This document shows positions 38,431-54,400 of a stretch of DNA of 64,000 nt, in pieces. How positions within the stretch are numbered: position 1 is the stretch's first letter; every line of letters begins with the position of its first letter. Source of the DNA: Eledone cirrhosa (Eukaryota). Where the stretch lies: positions 125,426,001-125,490,000 of the forward strand of contig OZ024745.1 in NCBI GenBank assembly GCA_964016885.1, in the 5' to 3' direction. The position numbers and the translations under genes are program-made. Under the pieces are notes generated by a model. It was given only the letters and a program-made list of their open reading frames with translations. It was not told the origin of the DNA and did no database searches.

Positions 38431-41400
38431 GTTAAATGTATCATCATCATACGTCCGCTTTTCCCTTTATATATATATAAAAATTAGTTTCAATCTATAA
38501 TCTACAAATTAGTTAGATCTTATGCATTTCAGATTTTCATGTATTTATATATATATATATATATATAAATTAGTTTCTGTTCATGATTTCAATCAATAAT
38601 CTATAAATTAGTTAGATTTCATGCATTTCAGATTTTTGAAACCCAGTCTCTGAAACCAAGTACATCAAGACTTGTTATAAATTTGAAGATTTAATCTCCA
38701 CGTAGAATACTTCGATTTGTCATTAGTCAAGAATGAATGTTTTACTTTTTATGCATTTTTTTTTTTAGTTAATGAGGTTCACATGTGTGTATGTACATGA
38801 TAAGAGAGGTATGGCTTATATAACAACTAACTTCACAATTTTGTATTATTATTAGTGCTACCAATTTGAATGAAGCTCTCATTGCTTTACCCAAATCACT
38901 AGTCAATATATATATATCACCATTACTTCAAACATGACTGACAATATAAACACAATCTATTTCAAATGGAGAAGGACAATATCCTAACTGTTTCAAGTTA
39001 GGCTCTTTTGATTAGTTTCTTTTCATTTTCTTTATAATGAACTTTGATATTCAGTCTTTCTAACAAATACCCATTCTTTACACCAATGGAGAATAACTAA
39101 TATATATGTTGGCTATGGTGGTGGTGATTATAATGATGATGATGCTTATGATAAAAGTGAAGATGATTATGACAATGATACCACTGATATTGATAAAAAG
39201 AAATAAGAAAAAACACCCATTCAGTATTACTGCTGCCAAGTTATATTATTAATGCCATCTTCATTCTGATAGCAAACTTTTAATACTGACCAATCCTGAA
39301 AACACTTCCACTCAATTAAGTTTACATCTCTGAAGCAAATAACATTAATGTTTTTTTTTTCAATCATTTCTAGTGTTTAAAGGGTTTTTTCTTCTATTCA
39401 AACATTTAAGATGTGTCTAGATAAATTGGTGGATTTGAATAACAAGGTGGGGTTAGTGTGGTTATGCCTTGATTTAAATTTCTCCAGATTAGTAGTTGGT
39501 AAACATTTAACAGTATAGCAATGACAGATGTTGATAAATTATTACATAGTGCCAACAGATGTTGATAAATTATTACATAGTGCCAAGCAAATTATTTAGT
39601 AAAGTGATTTGTTTGTGCAATGAAATGCGAACAACCAGAGAATAAAAAGCATCAAAAGATGATACAGAATTAACATTCTTGAAGTATCAGAAACAACAAC
39701 AATAGAACACATAATGAAAGAAAAGCCAATGTTTGTAAAAACATAATTTTTTAATTTATAATGAAAGACACTACCTATGATTTTCAAATCATTTTGAATA
39801 TATTGTAGAATTTGAAGAATTTAGTAATATAACTAACTTCACGTTATTAAACTGGTGTTAAAAACATAAAATAAAAAACGCTCTTATATAGAATTATGAT
39901 GGAAGGTTTTAAATGAATATCAACTGAGTCAGACATAAGATCAGACCAAGAAAACTGTTTCCATTGGTCTTTCTCTTTCTGATACTATGTGCCAGTTGCC
40001 ACTCCTGATAAGCATCTTAAAATAATAAATTTTATATCGTAGAACCAGTAATGCCTTCAGATGCTTTCGTATCCAAAGGGCTCATGTATATAATTTTAAA
40101 TTGCTATTTCTCTGTAGCTTACCAAGTAAGTCCAGTATGTTATTTAAGGACTTGGTAATAATTTACTTACAGTCCATTCACTGGTTACATACAACATATT
40201 GTAATTTATCATTGCTTACAATAAAGCACTAATGCCATCAGCACACAGTAAAACTATAAATTATTACCACTATCCCTGTTCATTTCCATTGACATTGGTA
40301 GCACTAACTTTACTTATAAACCCTGGAGGAAACCAAGTTATTCTGAATAGTTTATGGCCTTTAATAGTAGCTATACTAATATAATTAGCATCAGTATCAA
40401 TCCAGGATTAATGATAGATGTAACTGACTAAAATATATTACTCATCCCCAAATCACATTTCACAAAGACCATCGACATCATCCTCAGTCAGTTTATTTCC
40501 ATGCTGGCATGGATTGAAATATCGTCAAATTCCAAGATATGACAGGTTGGCAAATCAAGTTTTAGTTTTTATAGTTGGATGTCTTTCCTAATGCCAACCA
40601 CTTAAAGAATAATTGGGTGCACTTTAACATGGCACTAGCACTAAACATTCATTTTACAAAGTGTAGTTGATGCCTTTTATCATGACAACAGCATTGAGTA
40701 CTTTTTATCATGGCACTAGGACTACTATTTTACAAAGTGTATTAGATGTATTTTATTGTAGCACCAGCACTAATATTTTACAGGGTGTACAGTGTGTCAT
40801 GTCATCATTACTACCTTATTACAAAGTATATAGTAAGTGAAAGTGTTATGAACCTCACACTATATTAAAAGATCTAATAAATACATTGAAATATCTCCTC
40901 TAAACTGTATCACCTATTTTCATCAAACCTACCAACATTTTAATGAGGAACTATACATTTTTGCCACTACTTCCTCACTTGAGTTTTACATTGAATATCA
41001 AATAAGCTAGTCAGAATGCTCTATGCAATTATTTGCCTTACCAGATATGGTATGGAAATCGCCATAAAATCATGCCCAACCACCTTAAATAAAGAAGGCT
41101 ACATTGCACAATATAGTTTCTTATGTAAAATCATAGAGGATGATTGTGCCTGGAATATATTTGATCATAGATATATTTATTCATCGATGACCTGAGGCTA
41201 AGCATCAACATCATTTAGCAGCTTAAAATGTATATATGCACATACCAGCTATTTTAATCCTAAAAGCAAGATGCACCTACTCCCTATATTTACTTTTAAA
41301 TACAGACCAACTTTTTTAATGTTCAGATATTATGAGATACATGACATAAAATAGTAATGAAGTTCTTCACGCAATTAGCTGCATCACACCCATTAGCAAA

Positions 41401-44400
41401 AGATCTGCTGGAATGGAGTTGGTTAGTACTGATGAATATAAGCTATAAGCAGAGAAATTCAACATGGTCTCTTAACCTGCTAGAAATAGCAACCAAATCT
41501 CCCTCAAATCCCACCCTCAGCATCTTTAAAAGAGAATGACATACATGAAATCATATAGTCACAAAGGTATCCCAGTCTCAACGAAAAAAAAAGAATGGCT
41601 AATCATGATTGGATTTCCTTTGATAATTTAGTCTGCTATAATAGGGTTGACTTGTCGCTGAACAAGAACTAATATTACAACAGCCAATAGGACCCATATT
41701 TCATTACTATTCTAAGAAATGAATAACATTTGTTACATTTTTTCTATCTTGGATACTAGTGTCTCATTAATCGCTCTGCGTCTTAAAAACCTAAACAAAA
41801 CCCACCAACCAATCACCACCAACATCAAAAAACTAGAACAGCAATTATAACAGTAACAACAACATCAATAACACCATTACCACTACTAATGTGACCATCA
41901 CCAACACCATCATGCCTGAGGTGACCAGATATTCTGCAATTCAATATGAAATATTTGATCATTGGAGCAGTTCAAATGAAAAGAAATATTATTTAAGTAT
42001 ATATATATACACACACAATTAGAACGTTTCTTGACACTAACATATATTTTCAAATTGATTTTCAAATCTTTTTAAATAACTTTTAATCCTTATAATATGT
42101 ATGAATCAACTATTACTCCAGGAATATATAAACACTTTCTTATGTTGATAGAGGTTCATATATATATATATATATGTTTATCCCAGGTTCAATGGTGGTA
42201 ACCACAGTAAGTAATGTACTCAATACATAGCAGAGTACAAATGTTTAATATAGAAATGGCTTCTACAGGACTAGAACTGTTTCATTCGGGTTTTCCTGAT
42301 GATTTACTCCAAATAAAACAGTTCTAGTCCTGTAGAAGCCATTTCTATATATATATAATATATATATATTACTTTTTTCAAAATTTGGAATAACACCATT
42401 ATTTGTTTCATATCTATGATTTGAAGTATCTGTAAGTTTTGTCTCCAAATGTTTAAACTATTAGAAACTATAATGATCCCCAGCAGAAAGCCAATGAGCA
42501 GGAATTGTTCATGTGCTTGACTTTTCCAATTTTTCTGTTTCGTGATATGTCTCACGTGTTTTTTAATGATTGCATGTGTATGTATGTGCACATTTAATTT
42601 ATTTTCCTATCCAACTAGTTATAGAGCCTGCAGGCATTGTTTCAACCAACTAAAGACAATAACACATTTGCAAAATCAAATAGAACCCTCCTACCTTAAA
42701 ACAAACAAAATTACTAGATATACAAAAACATAGCATGTTCATAGTTGAAATACCTTCAATCATAGGTCAGTTTAGTCAGAGTGACATGGGGCTCAACAAC
42801 AATAATGATAGTTCTTTGTTTTTAATTGTCTTATGCAATCAATAAAAGCATATTTCTTCATAAAATAACAATCAACACAACTCTTCAGAATAAATTGTCA
42901 TAGATCCTCTGATAGACCCTCTGCCACTTTCTTTGATGAACCTTCAGTCATTGAATCAACTGAATGTCAAACTTGGGAAATAATATATAAGTGATTATGT
43001 ATTCCACAGTGTTGTGTATCCTTAACATAATTCACAAGCTCCATGAATGACATAATATATAACAAGGTTGGACTGGTCAACTACATATACATTCAATATG
43101 ATGGGCACCATATATCTACCCAAATTAACACATAAAGCTTGCATCAACTCGAGGCTATTGTAATGATAGTAGCACAAAATGTCACACAGTGAGATCAAAC
43201 CTAAAACTGCATGACAGTGAAGTGAATTTCTTCACCACTCAGATATATGAATTATATATTTACAAAATATCTTGTCAATGTTAATCTTGCTTCTTATAAT
43301 GTTATAAAGAAAACAAGTGGTATTTAATAAATGTGATTTTGGTCCTCAACCAAATTTCTAACTAAATGTTCTTTACTTTTATGACTGCATGTTTTTCTAA
43401 TAGTTTCATGTAATAACAAAGCTTACTTTATTGTAAAGTGAAAGAAATGTACCCTGCCGATTTTTATGATAATTAGTCCAGTTGAACTAACTAGTCAATG
43501 AGTTAACATGTATATGACTGAATATTCCAACAATACTTAAGCAGAATTAGCATGACACAGTGAGTTACAAGACTAGTTCTTTGCATTGCAGCTGCAGTTT
43601 TGATTTCACTCACAAGGATTTTATAAATCAAAAACTACAGCAAAAATGTATTCATTTTCTGAAATTATTAGGGAAGATATCTTCTGAGATATCAAGTACT
43701 TAACTGAGCTCTAGAAGAATAAAAGCAAAGCATTCCAATATATGAAGTTTCAGTATTTAACAACTCAGCTTCCTTACATGTTATATAATACTTTATAAAC
43801 ATTTATAATTTACAAACCAATAAAAACTTTTTCAATCTTTTCATAATTCAAAATTTATAGGAGATAAATTCTGTTTTGAATAAAAGTATCCATAAAATTA
43901 TGTTTATTACAGATTACATTTTTTACTATACATTGTCATTCATTTGGAATTTGATTTATTGGTAAACAATGTTTACTGATAGTAATTTTTAATTCAGAAA
44001 TTAGTACATGTAATATTTATTAACTTCATTTGTCTGAGTGAGAGTATACTAAAATATTTTTGTTGACTTGTGTTTTGATATACCAGTTTTTCAATAAATA
44101 TGAATTCTGCAATTTATTTAATTTATACTGTGGTAAAATAAGAATAAAAGGATAAAAGATCCCATAACTCCTTGTGGAGTCATCGAGGTACTGTCATATG
44201 GCATGTCCAGGGCACATGTAAACCTCGCAGAGCCCAATCCTCTCCACGTCAGAACACAGCCGATTTTTTCTATTGAGGAAGGATCAACCCGAGTACTGGA
44301 CTGGTATTTTTTTGTATCGACCTCGAAAGGATGGAAGGCAAAGTTGACCATGGTGGGATTTGAACTCAGTGCACGCAAAGACGTGGGAAGAATACAGTCA

Positions 44401-44939
44401 AGCATTCTATCTGATGTCTAACATTTACCAGTGGCATGCTAATTTCTTCAGTGCTTGATTTCTAGGTTAGGAAATAATGTTGCATTTAAAACAAAAGTAC
44501 TTTCTCTAAAGACCAAAAGGGAAATTAAATAACTGCAACAAAGTGTTAAACCTGTCTTATGTCTTCACCTTAAACAATGTTGATTTCTCTTCTCCACATG
44601 ATTGATTGTTATTTAGACTATTAGTTAGTGCAAATCATGACAACAACTTAATAGTAATAGTTTAAACATATGAACATTGAATCATTTAACTGCTCTCTCC
44701 TGTATTCTATCTAAAATGTTATAATTAATTAGTTATAACTTGTCATAAATAATATGTGACCTTTATGAAAAATTATTTACCAATATCAGTTTCTTATTTC
44801 TTCATCTATCTACATTATCATAAATAATATTTCCAAATATTTGACAATTATTTCAACTGAAAATAAACAGACTAGTTAAAACAAGTATGACCTGCTTTGT
44901 GACAGCTTTCAAATGTGATATATGAAATGATTTGTAGTA

Positions 44940-45138
44940 TAGGCACAAGACCAGTAATTTTGGGGGAGGGGAAACTCAATTAAACCGACCCCAGTACATT
45001 ACTGGTGCTTTATTTTATCGACCCCATAAGGATGAAAAGCAAAGTTAACCTTGGCGGGATTTGAACTCAGACCGTAAAGGACCGTAACTCAATGCTGCAA
45101 AGCATGGTGTCCGACTCTCTACCAATACTGCCAATCCA
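44940..45138 (-). mobile_element. S1 SINE
   Basis: Consensus match. Confidence 0.85.
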
Positions 45139-45980
45139 TATATGAAATGAGATGTAAGATGTATTGATATTGCAGTGATGCGAGTCAAATGACAATATCA
45201 ATAATGTTTTCAATGAGCATCAATGGGATTGAGGGCTTGTATATTGCAATCATTGCTGCACTTAGTCTATTTCAAATAAATGTTACTCCTTAATTAACCA
45301 TTCAGCTAATAGAGAATACCATGTGAGTATCTCTGTAGAGACTTGCAGGGTTAAATTCACCTTCTCCTGAGGATATAGCATAGTGAAGGAGAGATGCTCA
45401 TAAGCCCACTTAATATAAACTACATGAAGACAAATTCTTCAGTATTTTTATAATATTTTGGAATGCTGAGGGAAGTAGCTTAAGACATTAGAACACCAGA
45501 CTATAATAACTTACTCAGTACTTCACTTTTCTTAATTCAAAACCTATCAAGAAAATCTTTGCCTACCATCTTCCTGTCAGAATATTTATCATCACCTTCC
45601 ATCCCTTTTGCATTGGAGATACCGGTGACAGGAGCAGTAGTCTAAATAGTCTAACTAAGTTCTTATAATATATTAAATGTCACATCAATTCCTGATATCT
45701 GTATCCACCAAAAAGCCCATCATTGCTTAACAGTAAATACCAAAAAGAATTTATCCATCAAATGGCTGTGTGATCACATGGCAATATGTACAAAAAGTTT
45801 ATATATAGAAAGTAACTTTGATTTTTGCAACTAAATTTCTTATGGACACCTTGTTAACTATGAAATCTTTCTACTGTGATTATTATTATTTTTGTGTGAT
45901 TTTTAAAAACTGAAACATTGCATACTGAACTGAGAAGCTTTAAGTAGCAATTAGCGTATTTCATCATATGGGCATGTTTG

Positions 45981-46017
<37 letters not shown>

Positions 46018-46083
46018 AAGAACTTCTTCATAGCATGTTCACACACTAGACTTTCTTTAGCTAATTCTTATATTCATTCCATG

Positions 46084-46137
<54 letters not shown>

Positions 46138-46142
46138 ATATG

Positions 46143-46192
<50 letters not shown>

Positions 46193-46251
46193 TGTGTATG
46201 TGTGTGTGTATGTGTGTGTATAATCACATATATATACATATATACGTATAT

Positions 46252-46338
<87 letters not shown>

Positions 46339-46517
46339 CATATAATCATATATATATATATATATTTATACATATAATCATATATATATATATATATTTA
46401 TACATATAATCATATATATATAAATGAAGTATTTCCGAAGGAAAAGTAAAGGAAGGCTACAGAGCTTTTTAGTTATGGAATAAAGAACATAAGATAATTA
46501 TTTCATTTACCAGTATT

Positions 46518-46633
46518 TCTGAGTTCAAATCCCGCCGAGGTTAACTTTGCCTTTCATCCTTACGGGGTCGATAAAATAAAGTACCAGTAATGCACTGGGT
46601 AATTGCTGGCCTTGTGCCAAAAGTAGAAACAAT
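46518..46633 (+). mobile_element. 5'-truncated S1 SINE
   Basis: Starts at the B box. Confidence 0.85.
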
Positions 46634-47892
46634 TATACTTATATCACTGATAATAAACACTTGGATAGAATAAATCTGAGAAAATTTGCATTAAGGTGAA
46701 GCTAGTCAAATATAATTAATTCAAAATGTTAATACTTTAGTTAATGGGCTCATTCTCTCTCTCTCTCTCTTTCCCTTCCATTGGAACTTTAATCGCCAAA
46801 TTATTTTACAGCAAAGCTAAATATGCAATATTACACATAATTATTTCCATTAAATGATAGTTTTGTACAGAGTTTGTCATGGCTTCTCAATGAGGCACTA
46901 ATGATCTGCCCTACAAGAAATTACTGATAATATACAGCATCAATAATAACTATAGAAAGATATCAGTAGTTAAGTATATTAAAATAATAAAGAAAGACTT
47001 AGATAAACATTTACTTTTCCACCAAACTTATAATCCGAAAGAGAACATTTAATTGTACATGAGGATTTAGATAATTGCTCACAGCAACTGGATGAAAAAG
47101 AATGGTAGATTTACATTGCTTAATACGATTTATAGTGATTATTAAAATAGACATTTTCATAATAAATAATTGCTTCATGATTTTAGATATTATTTTAATG
47201 TTGATAATCTGAGTTCTACAAATTCAGATATTTGTAAATCTTTCAGGAGAATACTTTCATCACCACCATAAAATTACTAACAATGTCGTTAACATTACTA
47301 ACACCACATTCATACCATCAACAACAATGCCTTTAATAATACCACAACTATTAACATACTATTGTAGTGACCTACTTTCCTAGGGTTCATAGATACATTC
47401 TCTGTGCGTTGTTTGGCTCAGTTCAGCCAATCGCTGCCAGTGTAGGAGAATGTATTTTGACTTCCACCCTGAGGGAAAAATTCCCCGCGTCAATTCAGAA
47501 ATCTCTCTCTTGCAGCGTGACCATGTTAAGGTAAACACCACTTCTTCTTTTGCTCCGCAAGCACAAACAATATGTAACGACAAAACATTACTATGGGCCT
47601 GGCCAAGCGCCTCGGCCAGTCGACCGTACTTTCTCTTTTAATCTTAATTGATTTATTTCATTTCTTTTGGCATGCCAGCTTAATCCACCTCTTAAACTTT
47701 GTTAAATAAATAATTGTTTCTACTTTTGGCACAAGGCCAGGAATTATCCCAAAATAATGTAAAAACATGATAAAGTCTTGGTGATAATACTAATATACCT
47801 TATTGATAAAATGGTGATTATTATATTTCTGCTAAAATGGTGACCCCAACTAATCTCTTATAAAGTGCTCGACTATTATAAATAACAATATT

Positions 47893-48118
47893 AACAATAC
47901 TTCCACCACTATCATACCATCACCAACAATACTTCCACCACTATCATACCATCACCAACAATACTTCCACCACTATCATACCATCACCAACAATACTTCC
48001 ACCACTATCATACCATCACCAACAATACCATCACCAACAATACTTCCACCACTATCATACCATCACCAACAATACCATTAACAATACTTCCACCACTATC
48101 ATACCATCACCAACAATA
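47893..48118. repeat. 32-bp minisatellite (aacaatacttccaccactatcataccatcacc)n
   Basis: About 6 units plus partial units, no unique spacers. Confidence 0.92.
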
Positions 48119-48649
48119 TATCAATAAATGAATGAGGAAGCTTCAATATACTCCTTTGACATATTCAGAATAACTGGTAAACCTCCCTCACATCACAAAC
48201 TCCTGTATTGTAACAGGAAGAACACCACGGATAGAGCCCAGCAAGGTGGGGGTGGCTGTTGCAGCGGGTGTCGCTGGCCATTGTCTGCAGAAATGCTTTT
48301 GTAGTCTTGTCTGTGGGGCACAGCCCCAACACTGCTGTACCCAGGCTCAGAGCCCATCACCCTTCCCCTTCCCACTCATATGTGGCCCTGGAGCCCTTAC
48401 CTTATGCTTCCTTTTTCATTTTCAAATATTTGTAGTGTTTTTTCTAATTATTTTAGAGTCATTCATTCATGAGGTTATGTAGTTACTCGTTTATTATTTT
48501 ATTAAAGGGCGGTGGATTGGCAGTTCTGGTATCCAGCAAAGGGTTTACCCCTCTCCATTTCCCTCACATTTTCTTTTTTTTTTCTCTTTGGAATAATGAC
48601 ATCATAAAGGTACTCTAGATAAAATTCATATATTATTGATTGCTAAATT

Positions 48650-49290
48650 AGGCACAAGTCCAGCAATTCTGTGGAGGGTAAAATGGATTAGATCAACCCA
48701 CGTATTTGACTGGTACATTATTTTATTGACCTTGGAAGAATGAAAGGCAAAGTTGATCTTGGCGAGATTTGAACACAGACTGTAGAGAGCCACAATGGTA
48801 TTTTACCTGATGCTCTACCAATTCTTCCAATACACCACCTTGAAATTTATATAATATTAGTTTCTGATTTAGGCACAACGCCAACAATCTTTGGGGAAAG
48901 TCGATTAAATTAACCCCAGTGCTTTACTGGTACTTTATTTTATCAAACTTCTAAGGATGAAAGGCAAAGTTAACCTCAGCAAGATTTGAACTCAGATCAT
49001 AAAGCATAAAGGGCCATAATTCTATGCCATAAAGCATGCTGTCTGATGCTCTATTGATACTGGAAATTCACTGCCCTTTATATAATATTGATTTCTAATC
49101 CAGGCCTGTAATTTTTGGGGAGGGGAAAGTCGATTAAATCAACCCAAGATTTGACTGGTATTTTGTTTTATCAACCCTGGAAAAATGAAAGGCAAAATTG
49201 ACCTCAATAGAATTTGAACTCAGAATATAAAGCACCAGAAGAAATAGCACAATGGAATTTTATTGGATGCTCTACCAATTCTGCCACTCC
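48650..49290 (-). mobile_element. Three tandem older S1-type SINE copies
   Basis: Consensus match with more divergence. Confidence 0.8.
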
Positions 49291-51380
49291 ACCACTGAGA
49301 ATTTATATAACAAAAACTTAATTTTATTGACTGTTAATGAATGAAATCCAAGGTTTATCCAAGCAGGAATTGAACTTATGAGATAAATTGTACAACTAAA
49401 TACCACATGTAATGTCTCACCATATAGATTCTATTAATTTACAGCTCCGTCGGCTGTTATAGCTAATACAACACCATCACAATAACAACTAAACACAAGT
49501 ACCTATTCTATAGCCTTGTCTTCATCACCATTACTCACACACATCCCCACTACCACCATCATTATCATCATTATTACCACAATTACTTACAATCAGTGTT
49601 CTTCTGAATTACATGTCAACACTTGTGATAATATCAGGTTTAACATTCCCATCAATTGAAAGTTTGGTGATGAGAATATCCCACTTTGCACCACCTTATC
49701 AAGGCCACATCCTTTATCTTTCCCTGTTCTGAGAATAACAATAACTATCAAGATGTTTATAGAACTACCACACTTACTCTAATCACCTCATACTTTCATC
49801 AGGATTGTCACCAGTAGTAGTAACATCATAAAAATATTTAACAATCATTAGTACAACTAGTATTATCAGCATCATTTAAATGATCGACATCATCATTATC
49901 ATCATCCATCCACCTCTGCCTACACATCTTCATTATTATCATCACAACCCACTATTTTTCTCATTTCCAACAGTGCAATCACTGTCACAACAATCAATGT
50001 TACCATCATCAACATCAAGATAATCACTACTCTAATTATTTACATAACCACCAACATCATAATTGCTATCATTTGCATCAATGTCTTTCATTCTCATCAC
50101 CATTATCATTACTATTTTCACAACGTTGATTATAATTATCACTATAATTCTCATCATTTCCGTGTGTCCTTCCATGTTGTTGTCATCATCAATATCATAC
50201 ATCTCTCCTCTCAAACTACAGGCACATATATACATGCAAGTACACACACACACACACACATACACAGGTACCTGCTAGCAAGCATGCATACTTACTTACA
50301 TGTACACAAACAGCAGGTAACAACAAACTTGTTCTTGTACTATCCCTAGTCAATATACAGAATTGATTCTAACAAAAGTAGGCAGAAGCTCCACCCCCAC
50401 CTCTTGATAGCTATTACTGAAACAAACTTGCCAGTGACAACTCTTTGAAGAAGTGTTGATCTGAAGGTATCAAAAGGTTTTGGTTTTCAGAGATATCTCA
50501 CTAGATTTCTGATCAATTGCCAACTAACGGATCACAAGCATTTTACTTACTATATCACATACATGCTAATATATATATATTAGCATGTATGTGATATATA
50601 TATATATATAAAGAGCACAGCAAATTTCTAAACACATTAATACACGTATGTATCACTCTCTTCTACACACACATATATATAAATATATATACATACAAAA
50701 CAAAACACACATATATATAAATATATATACATACAAAACAAAACACACATATATGATATATATATACAAAGAGCGCAGAAAATTTCTAAACACATTAGTA
50801 GAAGTATGTATCACACTGTTCTACACTCACACATATATATATAAATATATATATATACAAAACCAAACACACATATACATACATAAACATGTAGGTTTGC
50901 CTTAATACAAATACACATAAAACATAAAAGCTTCTACTAAGATTTATACACACACGTGTGTGTAGCTTATATTTATATATATATATGTATACATAGGGAG
51001 AGAAGGAGAGAGAGAGAGAGATAGAGAAGTAAAATCCCAACCGGGGCACCAAGCAATTTCAGTTTGTGTATTAAGCAAGCCTTTATATACATATTTGTAC
51101 ATGTATATATAACCAAATGAAAAAATATATGTTTATATATAGAGAGAAAGAGCCATATAACATATTTGATATGTTTTGATTCATCATTTATATATATATA
51201 TATAAAGGTGAACATCGAAGCTAAATTTTACTTGACAATATTAATGCATTTATGTTTTAATATCATTTTTTTCCATTTTTTTTAACCAGACAATCTTTGT
51301 TGAAATACTCATGAAAATGATAAAATGATTTGTCCAGTGTGTCTTAAAATAAATCTTCTGAAACACTGGACAATGGTATA

Positions 51381-51709
51381 CAGTGTACCCCCAGAAGTCG
51401 TGGTGCTGTTTATTCGAGGAATTTTACTTAGAACCTAACTAATAATTGTTCGTGGAAAACGCCGGATGTTCATGGAATTGTAAATATCTTCCATGTTTAT
51501 ATTATGGCTTTCTTTGTGGCAATATATATTTTTTTAGGCTTTTTAATGCTAAATTATTAATAACAATATATTGTATTTGCCGGCCTATATTTTACATTAT
51601 GGTTTGCCATTTATAGGCATTTTTATGGACCACGTCAAATATTCACAGTTTTTTTACTCTTGGCGGGTGTTCTAGAAACGTCACCCCAATGAATACCAGG
51701 GTACAACTG
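51381..51709. mobile_element. Tigger/MER2-like MITE
   Basis: TA-cagtgtacccc .. agggtacaactg-TA imperfect TIRs with TA duplication. Confidence 0.65.
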
Positions 51710-52114
51710 TATTGGCATTGGTTAATGGCTCATATATATAAAAGAATGTGTTATATTTCTGTAAGTATACAAACTCCGTGTTGCTAGCTAGAATTTTGCA
51801 CCGAGGTAAATAAAACTTTACATTGAGATGTAAGTATGTATGTATACACACATACATATGTATACATTGAGTGATATATCTTTAAGATCATAGGCTATCA
51901 ATTTTTCTGATACTTGTTTGTATGCAACTAATGTTGGTGAATTAAATTGTCTGGCCAAAATGAAGATTATCAGTAAGTTTAGAATAAATATTAATGCAAT
52001 TTACCCAAAATGTAGTGACTTCATCTGATAGTGTTTATTTTAGATATTAATAAGCTTGGGTGATGTTGAAGGCTATTGCTAGTTCTGAATTAAACATATT
52101 CCTAAAGTGACATC

Positions 52115-52411
52115 ACTTTTGAGTCCCAAATAATAGAGGAGTGGAATAAGAAGGGGGTGGAATAAGCATGGAAGTGGAGGAAATCGGTATCTTTTCTAGA
52201 TTATCTCTGTTGATTTTTCTAAAAATTGGAACTAGTCATTTACATATTGAGTTCCCAAACCATCCTATTTACTTTATAACGCATGGGATTTCTACAAATG
52301 TAGAAATTAATTGTCACAGGAATGCTATCACTTAATCAAAATTTCAATGGAGATAGATCAGCAAAATTTAATAAGCAGGGAGAAGCAAAGATTATTCGAA
52401 ACCCAAGAGTA
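52115..52411. mobile_element. Possible Tc1/mariner-type MITE
   Basis: acttttgagtcccaaataat versus attattcgaaacccaagagt, imperfect terminal inverted repeats. Confidence 0.4.
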
Positions 52412-52900
52412 AGTATATTTTCTCTTCTTTGGAGTTGTCTCCCTTTTAAGTAATGTATGATGGATTGTTGACATAGGTGTTAGAATGAAGAAATGGAAGG
52501 GAAAAGATTAAAACATATTCTTCTCAATCTATTATTACTGCAGTAGAAAGCAATATATGAAGATAGCCCTTTTTCCTAAAATAAGTCTAAAAAATCTACC
52601 ATGCGTCCTGGAGGCCGAAGGTTGTTTGTTATTTTTTTCAAATTTTTGGTTGTCAAAATTATGGTGCGTCATCAAGGACGCCAGGAAATATGGTATTCAG
52701 GGATTGAACACCTAAATTGAGTACTTGCAAAAGCATGGAAGGAATGTGTAGCATTAAACTAGATGGCTGTCAAGCAAGCTAAAGCAAGTACCATGCCCAG
52801 AAGAGCAATACAGTTGATGTGTTAACATTTCTATTCATGACTAAATGAATTGATACATCATTGTTGTAAGTTCATGGCTTTTATACTTAGTATAATTAAT

Positions 52901-53111
52901 GATTTCTAGTAGAGGCACAAGGCCAGTCATTTGTGGGAGGGGAAAGTTGATTAAATCGAACCAGTGCATTACTGGTACTTTATTTTATCGACCCCGTAAG
53001 GATGAAAGGCAAAGTTAACCTCAGCGGGATTTGACCTCAGTACGTCAAGAGATGTAACTATGCCGTGAACCAAGGTGTCCGGCGCTCTACCTATTATGCC
53101 AATCCACCACC
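52901..53111 (-). mobile_element. Full-length S1 SINE with 21-bp TSD
   Basis: tttatacttagtataattaat at 52880-52900 and 53112-53132. Confidence 0.9.
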
Positions 53112-53257
53112 TTTATACTTAGTATAATTAATCAGAACAATCAATAAACAACACATAGCACATGTGTAAACCAACAAAAATTAATGCACACATAAATACA
53201 TCATAATATACAAATATATAACATACATTGAAATATTTACAAATGTTTGCATACATA

Positions 53258-53490
53258 CTGACATGGTGGCTGCCAACTCGTTTTCGAGTACGGCCACTAC
53301 TTTATATCCATGTAGGAGAACCCCTACCGATGCGCTGAACGAGTGTGACTTTTTAGTCCAGCCAGCAACTTGAAAACTCTGGTACAAACACTACACCTGT
53401 GACAATTATTGACACATAGTGCTGGGCCCTTGGTACCATGTGACGACAAGTGCAGAGAGATCTCCATGATATAAAGCAATGCCTGTGCCG
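53258..53490 (-). mobile_element. RTE-type LINE 3' end with C2H2 zinc finger
   Basis: CSVCTRVFKLLAGLKSHTRSAHR* then a short UTR. Confidence 0.6.
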
Positions 53491-54134
53491 TGAATATACT
53501 GACATACATACATGCATACACACACATGCACATGCACAATTGCCTGCATACATATGTACATACATACTTAAATACATGCATACATACATAAATACATACA
53601 TATATACAAGGTATGAAAATTTCTTTTATTTTACACCCTTACCACCCAGAAGGTGGCTGATCAAAAATGTACTCGAAATTAAGAGAAAGAGAAACATACA
53701 TACATATATGGGGATAAATACAACCACATCAGCATAGGGGACTATTTAGTCTTTCTTATAATGAATACTAATCCCTAAAAATTTTGCTTGCCATTAATAC
53801 AAACCTGGTAAAACTGGTCATCTTCTTTGGATAAATGTAAAGAAGCAATTTTATTAGAGAAGAATCTAGCAGTATATATATAGACATGTGGATTGTGATT
53901 ACGTTCAAAATGGCAGCGTTTAGCAGGTTGCAGAATCTCAGAAAGAAATACTAATGGATATTTTATTGAGAAATATACACACACACACACTAGCTGTTGA
54001 AATGGCAAGAGCTCAGCTGCCAGGTCCAGACACTTTATAATAATAGCCATACTCTACTACACTATGTATTGAGTACTCTGTTGAGTAATGCTAACTAGTT
54101 TTAAACTAGTTCTATCCTTATATATATATATATA

Positions 54135-54400
54135 TGGTCGTGGAGGTGCCACAACAAAAAAAGCACCAAGCCCACACTGTAAAGTGGACATGTAGGCGCC
54201 ACAGAAAAAAAGCACCCAGCACTCACTGTAAATGAGGTTGGTGTTAGGAAGGGCATCCAGCTGTAGAGATCAAGCCAGAATCAGTTCCCTTATGAGCAAG
54301 ACATGGTCAGCCGACCGGCTACTGCCCACAACAGGACAACCCGTTTAACCCATGCTAGCGTGGAAGAATGGACGTAAAACAGTGATGATGATGATGATGA
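54135..54400 (+). mobile_element. RTE 3' UTR fragment
   Basis: Close match to the reverse complement of 37655-37860; (GAT)n tail. Confidence 0.8.

Noticed and set aside
47380-47640. GC-richer island as an RNA gene or exon
   Set aside because: No known RNA motif recognised; more likely a decayed L1/Tx1 3' fragment, too weak to call
47893-48118. CRISPR-like 32-bp periodicity
   Set aside because: Head-to-tail units without unique spacers, no cas genes, eukaryotic context
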